Of a stretch of 64,000 bases of DNA, positions 49,701 through 58,774 are shown in pieces. The stretch is taken from assembly GCA_950097015.1 (NCBI GenBank), contig CATNEN010000038.1, positions 31,062,001-31,126,000 on the forward strand, given 5' to 3'. The notes under the pieces were generated by a model. The model had not been told where the DNA came from. It worked only from the letters and a program-made list of their open reading frames with translations, and searched no databases. How positions within the stretch are numbered: the first letter of the stretch is position 1; each line of letters opens with the position of its first letter. The stretch comes from Macrostomum hystrix. Lineage: Eukaryota; Animalia; Platyhelminthes. The translations under genes and the position numbers were made by a program.

Positions 49701-50231
49701 TGAAGTTCCCCATGAACAACCCTAGCAACCAAACTGAAGTTCCTCATGAACAGCCCTAGCAACCAAACTGAAGTTCCCCATGAACAGCCCTAGCAACCAA
49801 ACTGAAGTTCCCCATGAACAGCCCTAGCAACCAAACTGAAAAGCAGTATAGAACAGCCTAGATATGCAATCAGTAACTAACCAGACTGGTGCAGATAGAC
49901 AACAGGTGGAGTGGCAATTGGAGCTCGCTGTTCACTAGCAGCCTGCAGTTCTGCAAGAGCATCACGAATTACACTGCAGAGTACAAAGTCGATGCAGGTC
50001 TGGCTCTCTGTGCAGACTATGCCGCTGACTCTGCCACGAATGCTGTCTAGCAGTTCATACTGTGTGAGGATTTCACAAATTAACTGCATAAAATAGGCAT
50101 TTTAAAAGGGTTAAATAAAATCAAAACATGTAACTCACATAGTATGGTACTGGAGTGAACTGATTGTCTGGCACATTCTCCAGTATCTTGGCGACCATCT
50201 TTTTCTCAATGCTAGATGCTGGCTTGCGCAT
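34684..50231 (-). CDS. DICER1: Endoribonuclease Dicer (Dicer-1-like), 16 exons, ~1806 aa
   Basis: Exons 50231-50139, 50059-49882, 48702-48356, 47701-47351, 46944-46291, 45457-45006, 44298-43764, 43028-42609, 41227-41067, 40750-40078, 39473-39101, 38305-37777, 36768-36552, 35886-35733, 35624-35549, 34891-34684 join in frame (5421 nt). Hel2 [14 protein letters not shown]283 [23 protein letters not shown], RNase IIIa ERLETVGDS/ADSVEA, IIIb [15 protein letters not shown], ds[22 protein letters not shown]. Exon 2 acceptor could alternatively be 50083. Confidence 0.95.
34910..35370. repeat. ~21-bp GGATT-rich minisatellite, Dicer intron 15
   Basis: (GGATTATTGGGATTGTGATTTT)-like units with higher-order grouping. 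Confidence 0.9.
36008..36510. repeat. ~11-bp minisatellite (TGGGTCAAGAG/T), Dicer intron 13
   Basis: Tandem copies, G-tract rich on the plus strand. Confidence 0.9.
36844..37075 (+). mobile_element. 5'-truncated non-LTR retrotransposon 3' end in Dicer intron 12
   Basis: 12-bp TSD AATCTATCAGAA (36832-36843, 37076-37087); (AAGT)-type tail; GC-rich; one frame ends ..[16 protein letters not shown]..stop, resembling a LINE ORF2 terminus. Confidence 0.6.
37078..37740. repeat. 30-bp minisatellite (ATCAGAATGGGATTTCAAATCCATAGATTY), Dicer intron 12
   Basis: 12 homogeneous copies followed by a diverged 30-bp variant block. Confidence 0.95.
38450..38952. repeat. ~30-bp minisatellite (GGGAGATCTGAAATGGGATTATTTTATGAT), Dicer intron 11
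   Basis: About 17 copies. Confidence 0.95.
39505..39958. repeat. 24-bp minisatellite (GATTCTAGCTGCGATTCTTGCTTC), Dicer intron 10
   Basis: About 19 copies. Confidence 0.95.
40875..40990 (+). mobile_element. tRNA/CORE-like SINE fragment in Dicer intron 9
   Basis: GAGGTCGGGGGTTCGAATT (B box) followed by GTGCCCCTGAGCA, as in CORE-type heads. Confidence 0.45.
41391..41620 (-). mobile_element. SINE family A copy (internally deleted), Dicer intron 8
   Basis: Head and tail homologous to the other copies; (ATA)n tail. Confidence 0.75.
41650..42580. repeat. 23-bp minisatellite (CCCCATTCCTGACTCAAATCTCA), Dicer intron 8
   Basis: About 39 copies. Confidence 0.95.
43118..43667. repeat. Related 21-bp and 20-bp minisatellites (TTGTGTTTAT core), Dicer intron 7
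   Basis: Two adjacent sub-arrays. Confidence 0.92.
44368..44955. repeat. 30-bp minisatellite (TGATCCCCATTTATCCCAGATCTGTCTCAC), Dicer intron 6
   Basis: About 19 copies. Confidence 0.95.
45538..46248. repeat. Two related 33-bp minisatellites (TCTGTTGAA core), Dicer intron 5
   Basis: Sub-arrays 45538-46000 and 46050-46248. Confidence 0.95.
46972..47312. repeat. 32-bp minisatellite (GAGATTCGAATCCCAGTCTGATGAGGATCTGK), Dicer intron 4
   Basis: About 10.5 copies. Confidence 0.93.
47735..48285. repeat. 32-bp minisatellite (GAGGATTTGGGATTCTAGGATGCTTAAACTGA), Dicer intron 3
   Basis: Homogeneous core 47935-48260 with degenerate left flank. Confidence 0.93.
48782..49840. repeat. 34-bp minisatellite (AAGTTCCCCATGAACAGCCCTAGCAACYAAACTG), Dicer intron 2
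   Basis: About 31 copies. Confidence 0.96.
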
Positions 50232-51014
50232 TGTTTTTAATTAGCTGGAAATATTTAAAGATGGTGAATTAAACAATGATCTATCTAGATAACTGTTGAA
50301 AACTGTGACAAACAAAGAAATTCATGAAAAGAAAGACAATATAGTAGGTAAATATGGTTCAGAAAATATTTAAGAAGGCAAACTAAAATGTTTGAACATG
50401 GCCTAAGAAACAAACAAATTTATATAATGACATGTGATTACACAATAACACCTACACATAAGTAACCAAACTATTAGTCAGATAAGTTATATTAGAAAAT
50501 AAAAATTGCATTATAAATAAAAAGATAGCATATTCTAGGACAAGGTGTATACTCAATATGATAGACAGATTTACTTAATTTTCTTGTATGTTTTTCATTT
50601 AGGTATGTCTAGTGAACATTGTATATACAAAAGTTTATGATTTGTCTTAGTACAGCTGGCATGTTATAGCCAAAAGAAAAAACTGTGCAAAGTAGCAACA
50701 CGTGTAAGAATAATATATACTAACTAAGCAGCATGCTTAAGATGGAATATTTTTGTTATTTGGCATTAGCATTGTCTAAATAATACTATAGCCTACAGCA
50801 ATATGTAGGCTTATTGACTATTGATTATTTAGCTAACTATATTTATCTACCAAGACAAATCTGACTAGGCCAGGCCCTAGGCCTAATAAACAGAACAATA
50901 TATCTTATATAAATGAACCAATATTATCCATCACAGACAGACTCATGGGACTCATAGAGAGTCAAATTTTTTGTAATTGAAGTATAATCACTTTTTAAAA
51001 GCATAGTATATATA

Positions 51015-52787
51015 CTAGCAAAAGTTTTGCCCCCCTTTGGGGAGCAGAAATACTTTTCATTCGTCTAGTAAATACTTTTTAGCCGCTGAATTTACAGCTT
51101 TTTAAAGCTACAATGAACCCCCAGTTGACAATGATCACCCAGTTGACAATGATCCCTCAGTTCATGATGATCACCCAGTTGACAATGATCCACCAGTTGA
51201 CAATGATCCCCCAGTTGACAATGCTCCCCCAGATGACAATGATCCCCCAGATGACAATGATCCCCCAGTTGACAATGATCCCCCAGTTGACAATGATCCC
51301 CCAGTTGGCCATGATCCCCTAGTTGACAATGATCCCCCAGTTGACAATGATCCACCAGTTGACAATGATCCCCCAGTTGACAATGCTCCCCCAGATGACA
51401 ATGATCCCCCAGATGACAATGATCCCCCAGTTGACAATGATCCCCCAGTTGACAATGATCCCCCAGTTGGACATGATCCCCTAGTTGACAATGATCCCCC
51501 AGTTGATGATCATCCCCCAGTTGACAATGCTCCCCCAGATGACAATGATCCCCCAGTTGACAATGATCCCCCAGTTGATGATGATCCCCCAGTTGACAAT
51601 GCTCCCCCAGTTGACAATGATCCCCCAGTTGACAATGATACCCCAGTTGACAATGATCCCCCAGTTGGCCATGATCCCCTAGTTGACAATGATCCCCCAG
51701 TTGATGATCATCCCCCAGTTGACAATGCTCCCCCAGATGACAATGATCCCCCAGTTGACAATGATCCCCCAGTTGATGATGATCCCCCAGTTGACAATGC
51801 TCCCCCAGTTGACAATGATCCCCCAGTTGACAATGATCCCCCAGTTGACAATGATCCCCCAGTTGACAATGATACCCCAGTTGACAATGATCCCCCAGTT
51901 GACAATGCTCCCCCAGATGACAATGATCCCCCAGATGACAATGATACCCCAGTTGACAATGATCCCCCAGTTTAGCCATGATTCAGACTCTGGTTTAGCC
52001 ATGATTTAGACTCTGGTTTAGCCATGATTCAAACTCTGGTTTAGCCATGATTCAAACTCTGGTTTAGCCATGATTCAAACTCTGGTTTAGCCATGATTCA
52101 AACTCTGGTTTAGCCATGATTCAGACGCTGGTTTTGCCATGATTCAAACTCTGGTCTAGCTATGATTCAGACTCTGGTTTAGCCGGTGTTCTATGATTTA
52201 TGATATTTTATTTACGAAATGAAAAAAATAAATTAAAATAATCTTCAATCACTACTGGCTGAAAATTAGTCTAAAAGATTTGACGCAGTGCAGAATCGAA
52301 CCCTAGCCTAGCCTAACTTATTCCTAGTGCCTACACATCGGCTATTCCGACTGTTGGTTAGAGGGTGCAGAAATCAGCCTTATAAAATGAATTCTCAAAG
52401 TTCTGGCTTTGTACAATGAAGTAAGAAAATAGAGTACACTCAGTCTCGCGGTTGGTTGTGTACATTTATTTCCAATTTGTCTCCAGAGTGCAGGCTTCAA
52501 ATTCAATCAGCTAGGGGTTGTTGCGCAATTTGACGATGCAATTCTAATTCAGTGGCTGTCAGTGAAATTCTCAATAGGCCAAGATGGTTTGACCTTTAAA
52601 AAAATCATGTTTTTCAAATATTTAATCCCTTAAGCAATAAAGTTAAGCTTAATAAAAATATGTGTATAATTGTCCCCATATTTGGCGTCTTTTAGTGAAG
52701 AAATAGTAAAAATCGGTTGAGCCGTTTAAAAATCGATCGTGCATACATATATATATATATAGATAGTTTTCATTTTTAGTATATAGA
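51015..52787 (-). mobile_element. Non-autonomous Helitron carrying 18-bp and 23-bp minisatellites
   Basis: Minus strand starts TCTATATACTAAAA..(TA)n..AACGGCTCAACCGATTTT and ends with hairpin GCTCCCC-AAA-GGGGGGC, a short spacer, then CTAG|T; the 5' flank is T rather than the canonical A. Confidence 0.65.
51110..52184. repeat. 18-bp (CCCCAGTTGACAATGATC) and 23-bp (TTTAGCCATGATTCAAACTCTGG) tandem arrays
   Basis: About 47 and 9 copies, adjacent, inside the Helitron. Confidence 0.95.
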
Positions 52788-54406
52788 AGAAAAAAATAGT
52801 ATATAGGCCCTAGTAATACTAATTGTTTCATAAACATTTGAACTCACAAGTCAGAAACAAGCATAGTTAAAAAATAACTACAATTCTGACATTCTTTGTC
52901 GTTCTTAGAATCAAATCACAAGCTAGGCCCAGAAAAATGTTAGGCATTGGGTACATAGGCGCTAGGATATTATAGTATAAATAATATCAACATATCTTAA
53001 ATTTTGCATTTTGGACTATGCCTGAATTGTAACATATTATATTTTATAACAAAAAGCTACGGCGTGGCCTATTTAGTAAAAAGAAATACAGTTATACTTT
53101 ATTTCACAAATTTTCGTGACAAACTGCCAATAATGGAGCCATCGAAATTCAAAAGAGTTTTCTTATTTCTATGATACTTGAAGATATGATCTGCCTACGA
53201 GTATTCATCTTTATACCCTCCACTATGTCCCTTCCTACCCATGTGCTGGTCTCTCCTCTCCCCTCTACTGTCCCTTCCTATACTTGCACGATTGTCTATC
53301 AAAATCTATTGCACTGTTGAAGCACGCGAGTTTTTTTTTAATAAGAAACGTGAAACTTTTGAAACGGCAAAGCGCGTTAACTTGAAGTTTGAAGCGTTAA
53401 CTTTTACCGTAGCTTCGCAAATCAATTTTAAGTTAAAAAATAAACCGCAGAATTGGATTATCACTATTACTGAACTTGATGTTGATGTTTAATTTGCGGT
53501 TTCGTTAAATATTGACAGCAATGTCATAAAGCCGAAAATATGCGAAACCAGCGTTCCTTAGGATTGCCAAGAGCTCTTCTCCATATATCTCGTATGGTTG
53601 GTGGATCTTTGCTTTGGTGTTCTGAATACTAACATAACAAAACACCCCGAATTCGGTTTTTTTTTATTTTCTTGGTGGAGTGGATTTACACTCCACTGTA
53701 GTTATAGTAATTTATTCTAGTTATACTGGACCACTGTGCATTACTAATATATTGAAGTATTTATTCTAGTCGTCCTTGATCATTGAGCGTAGCTTACGTA
53801 TAATACACAGAGAGCAGGCTAATAGAAACTTTCCATAGGCCCTTAATAAATTTATTCTTTTAAATTAATATGCATGATTGTCTTGAAAACGCTGTTAACT
53901 GTTATCTAACAGCCAGACCGTTAATTCTATTGCTGTACAGTTTCAATATTCTATTTGCTTTTTTGGAGCTTATACTACAATTAAATTGGTAATTCATAAT
54001 TAGAAAAATAATGCGGTAAAACTCTCTGCGATGAAATAACTGCCGACAAGAGCCGAAATCTCACACCAGAATTGATGTTGGCATGACATTATATTAGGAA
54101 ATTGAAAAAATTCATTAGAAAACTGAGAATTTGTTGAAAATTCATGATTTTTTGGAAGCAGTTGGGGATAAAAGTCCTATTAGGTAAGTCCTATTAGGTA
54201 AACTACTAAGCATAATAAAATTGCTTGAGTGATAGTTAATCTGTATTGCACCATAAAATCACAAAATGCTAAAAAATCAAAAATCTAAAAATCAACAAAA
54301 ACTAATTTGAAAATTTGAAGCAGTATAAAGATAAAAAATGTCACAAAACACGGTTATCATAATTTGATCATAAGAGCACACAGTATAAAAATGCAACTCG
54401 GCATTG

Positions 54407-57400
54407 TTATCTTCCAGTCAGATGCTCGCTTGTCCATTCGTCGCTCCAACGGCATGGCGGAGCGCTGGCGTCGCACATCACGACTGGCGTGTCAGGCGAA
54501 CGAGCTGGCAACAATGGCTCTTTGGGTCGCTGACCTATGCCAGGAAAGGTGGCATAGTGAAAGCGCTGGGTTAGTGTGACAGCGCGACCGGATTCCACCT
54601 GGCAATGTAATTGTGTGCAGCTGACAGCACAGACGCATCTGAAGGTCGCCGACGGCTGTTCAGTCCATGGACTGAAGGGACGCCACACCTATCCTTAACT
54701 ATCCTTAAAGTAATTCTGATTACTTTAAAATGATGCTCTAATCACTAGGCTTCAACCCCTAGAGTATTTTACAATGTTATTGTGAAATACTGTGTACACG
54801 GTCATAAAGTGGCATTACGGGAATCAACTGTGCACAAAGCACTCGCAGTGGCATTGTAGGAGACGCAGCATTTAGGGTAGAGTCTGTGTACGGCACAGAA
54901 AATTAGGATAGAAGACTAAGATAGAATTCTTACAGTGGTAACATCAGTCCACTCACCCAACTAGAGTTATAAGCCGCCGTTGGTTCACAAACCCCAGTGT
55001 CCGGAGCCAGCTGTGTCACCAGCAGTGCCCTGGACTTCCTCGGCCTAAGCCAGATGCCAAGTCGTGGTAGATGAAATTCTCCGCCGCGAGTCACAGTGTC
55101 TAGAAACACTCGCACAATGGCAAAGATCCCACCGCTGTCACCATCGTTGGCGTCACAGTCGAGTCGCTCGGAGAATCCCTGACCTAGAGGATGGCTAGTG
55201 ACATCCAGCCTGCCGGCATGACTGGCTGGAAGGCCCATCGATTTGAGAAATCGATCAGCCAATGGACCGGCCGTGAAGCGACTCTCGCTTGGATAGAACA
55301 CCGTGGAGCGAGTCCAGTTGAATCGCAGCCAACTGCCGGCCTTCGCTGATAGACTGGCATTCAGACAGCGAGTGCCCGGAGTGAAGTCAGCCGATGACAT
55401 ATGCTGGTAAACCATGATTAAACAAATAACTGAATTTAGTTGACTTTATTTAACAACCGGGTTGCAGCCTTGGCAGCACCGACTGAGTTAGTTATAAAAA
55501 TATGAAACAGTTTCCTGTTCAGTCCATGGACTGGTGGAGACACCACACCCGCCCACAATTAGTATATCTAACGCTGTACCTATTTAAAAGTTGGGTGAAC
55601 TGAAGCAAAGCATTGTTAAGTATCTTGCTAAAGGGCACAACTTGTTCAAATCAAGTCGGGAATCGAACCCCCGACCTTCAAGTTATGAGTCCGACGTTTT
55701 AACCGTCAGGCTTTCACTATGCTGTACCATTATCTTAAAGGTGCATGCATAGCCATAAGTGAGAGCTACAAAGCATGGTCATTGTGTAATATCAACTTAT
55801 CAATGACAATGACAAACAGATGACAATAACCCAGGCAGAAAGAGATGCAATATGCATTATACTTGGACTCACACGTGCGCGCGGAACGCCAGTCTCATCG
55901 GCTAGCAGACGCAGCATAGTCGACTCGGCATCGAAGCACACGATTGGTCGCCTGCCAGACACGGCCTCCAATCGTTTGAAATGAACGGCAGCCAGATTAT
56001 CTGACTCGACGTCCGATAGTAGCTCGTCGAACATGTACACCTGGAAGGAAAAATAGTCAGAGATTGCTAATTACAAAACTATTACATGCTACAGGACAGT
56101 TCACTGACTGCTGAACATTTGAAAGATTTTTTTGTTCTAAGGTTTCGTATGTTTTCGTAATTTTTTTGTTTGGTCGGATTGCCTCAGCGTATATTAATGC
56201 ATAGTAAAGTACCCATGCTAATGATAATAATTGCAGGAGGGCTGCGGGCAATGGCACGTCATTTGGTGACACTAGACCTGCAGCCAGCGACGAGGCAATT
56301 CTGACCATTTCACTGACTGCTGATTACACACGCACACAGATACTGTACGCAGGCACTCGCTCAGACAGGTAAGCGTGACTTTTTCATCGTCAAGCAGTGT
56401 ACATTTCACTGCGCCTTGGAGCATGAATGTGGCCTCGACGCTGAATCGAGCTTAAGGACCTTGGTGCGACAGGCAAACGCGTTAACCGCTTTGCCACTCA
56501 CCCCCTAAAGTACCCGTTTGCCATCGACATTGCAGGACGTCGGTGACATCGGGATAGTGAGCCGACGTCGGATTGTTGTGCGGCGTTAAGCGCTGCAATC
56601 CACTACATGCCAAAGATAATAAGTCACAGATCCGACTAATTTACTCTCTTCTAAACTCTGTTGCGCCTCAGGTGGCAAATAATGACAAGACTATTGGACA
56701 CCTTACCTGCACAGAGCTACCAGGCGCAGGTATCATTCGCTCCAGCTTGACGGGCGGAATGCGCCGACCATCTTGAAAGATCTTCTTCGGTTTGATGCCA
56801 AACAGGATCTGCTCTGTGGAGTCTTTGCCACCGGCTGGGCGAAGCATCGGCTGCTGATCGCGCTCCGCTTGGCGCACATCAGCCTCGGACATGACACGAA
56901 TTGGTGGCCTGTTGTTGGCGTCGCCTGGCGCATTTGGCTGGATTCGCTGCGGCGGCGGTGGCGCCTTCGACGCAGAAGCATCAGCGCCAGCAGCGAGCGG
57001 GTTTGTTTTCTTTGCCGGCTCAGCATTTGGTTGTGTCTTAGCAGCCTCAGTTTTGCCAGGTTTCGGTTTAGCAATAGGCTTAGGTTTTGGTGACACCGCA
57101 ATGCTTTCAGGTTGGTCCTGAGGTCTCACTGGAGGTGCGGAACTCGACGCTGCTAACAATTGACTACGACGGACTGTGGCCGCAAGTTCAGCTAGTTCAA
57201 CTGACAGTCGGTCAAGTTTCTGACGAAGATCTGTCAAAGAAAATTTAACAGAGTCCAGCTGGTTGACAGTCGCACTGCCAGATGCCGCGATTTCAGCAGA
57301 AGCTGACGCTTGCACAGAGGCAATGTCTCGTCGAATACCCTGGAGCGCCTGCTGAAGTGTACTGGAACGCTCTTTCGCATCATTCTCGTCTGACGAACAG

Positions 57401-57558
57401 AGCGATAACTGAAGACGAACCGGTGGCACAGCACCGGAAGCGATGGCGGCCGAAACCACGGCTGCCATCAAACACCCCGCAGTGGCGCAAGCAATCACTG
57501 CGTAGGTACGCTTCAATGTTGGCGGTGCCGGAGGAATCGGCGACTGTTGGCGCTGCAT
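54407..57558 (-). CDS. Type II membrane prolyl-4-hydroxylase-alpha-like (2OG-Fe(II) oxygenase fold) protein, 4 exons, ~552 aa, probably catalytically impaired
   Basis: Exons 57558-56707, 56040-55873, 55403-54957, 54598-54407 join in phase 0. Signal anchor, coiled coil, Pro-rich stalk, then VYMFDELLSDVE, IVRVFLDTVTRGGEFHLPRLGIWLRPRKSRALL (P4H-type YL.DV..GGET.FP...V.P.KG.AL). Confidence 0.75.
55590..55715 (-). mobile_element. CORE-like SINE family B fragment
   Basis: Homologous to 13508-13635. Confidence 0.6.
56215..56505 (-). mobile_element. SINE family A copy with 10-bp TSD
   Basis: TAAAGTACCC at 56205-56214 and 56506-56515; tRNA-like head with GTC at the anticodon position. Confidence 0.85.
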
Positions 57559-58002
57559 CGCGTATTGCTCTGTCTAGTGTCTAGCTGAAATTACAATGCG
57601 CTGAGCTAGCAGTTCATTCACACTTCCTTAGTCTAATGAAATCTTCAAAAGTATCATTTATATAACAAAAACTGATAAATGCAACTCAACTGCTAGCCTA
57701 TAAAAATTAAACGTCTATTTGAATGTTTATTTTTAAGAACAATGTTAATTTGCGAACACAAGATAACAGCAAGTTGCTGAATACATTTCAGTTACCAAAA
57801 GCATAAATGCACTCAATTACATTTGCAGAAAAAAATTGGTTAAACATGAAAAATGCAGCACCTTCTATTTAAATTTTTTAACATAGAAATTCATACAAGA
57901 TTAGCACAGCAAAATGCGGAAATAAATCATTAAACCACAAGCAAAAACTAAAGAAAGTTTTTTTCAAATCGAGTGTTAGACCATGAACAGTCAAAAGTAC
58001 AT

Positions 58003-58730
58003 GGGGATATTTCAAATAAAAATCCCGTGTTTTAGAAAACTAGCTACATTTTTCTGCTCTATCCGATGAGACTTCCTCGGATTCACAAAGCATTGACATT
58101 GTCGAGATATTTAACGATTATCGTCGCGGCGTCTGGTGGCAAAAACCACCAATCTGGGCATAATTATTCTACTAACAAAATTTCTTCATGTAAAAATATC
58201 GGCAATTATTAATAATTATATTGTTAATTTTTACACTTGACTTGGGGGCTTGTCGTGCAATTTACAACCTTGAGGGCCAACCTCAAAGGCACAGTGAGAT
58301 TGTACACAGCCTGACGATGAGAAAGTCGGCAGATGTACACACCTGTGTGAGCGTGTGCCTGTGTACAGTACCTGTGTGCCTGTGTGCTCAGGAGTCAATC
58401 GAATTGCCTCCTCGCTGGCTGCGGGTCTAGTGTCACCAAATGATGTGCCATTGCCCGCAGCCCTCAGGCAGTTTATTATTATTTATAATTAGTTATTATT
58501 ACGGATACGCTATATCGGTTTAAATACAGCGCAATGTGGGTTCTCCTGTCACTGGAGTGTTCGACAATTATTGCTGAATAACTCGACGGTGCTGATGTCG
58601 GACGGCTTTGAAAGTTGGTTCATTGTACAAAGAGCGGAAAACTTTGATCCATTAGGTGCACTTTCAGGAAAATCGATCATCCGGTTTCGGAGCTGATGTG
58701 AAGCAGTCAGTGTGTATTTGAAATATCCCC
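58003..58730. mobile_element. Tc1/mariner-like MITE with a nested SINE-A fragment (58238-58500, +)
   Basis: Perfect 16-bp IR GGGGATATTTCAAATA/TATTTGAAATATCCCC plus degenerate internal inverted arms; superfamily inferred from TACA.GGGG left end. Confidence 0.65.
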
Positions 58731-58774
58731 GCTGTCATTCCACTGTTTACAAACTCAAATTTGCCTGCTCAATT

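Noticed and set aside
54364-54579. Plus-strand ORF first suspected to be a LINE C-terminus
   Set aside because: It is the antisense shadow of the last P4H-like exon
56510-56595. Possible extra GC-rich exon in intron 1 of the P4H-like gene
   Set aside because: Exon 1 joins 56040 in phase with a sensible sequence; no phase-compatible acceptor/donor pair found
58308-58330. CTGACGA-TGA-GAAA hammerhead-like core in one SINE copy
   Set aside because: No stem II, and not conserved in the other copies
58405-58465. GCCTCCTCGCTGGC in SINE-A is identical to P3/L3 of the genomic HDV ribozyme
   Set aside because: No upstream P1 strand, no GG for P1.1, no P4/J4-2; the sequence is explained by the SINE's own hairpins
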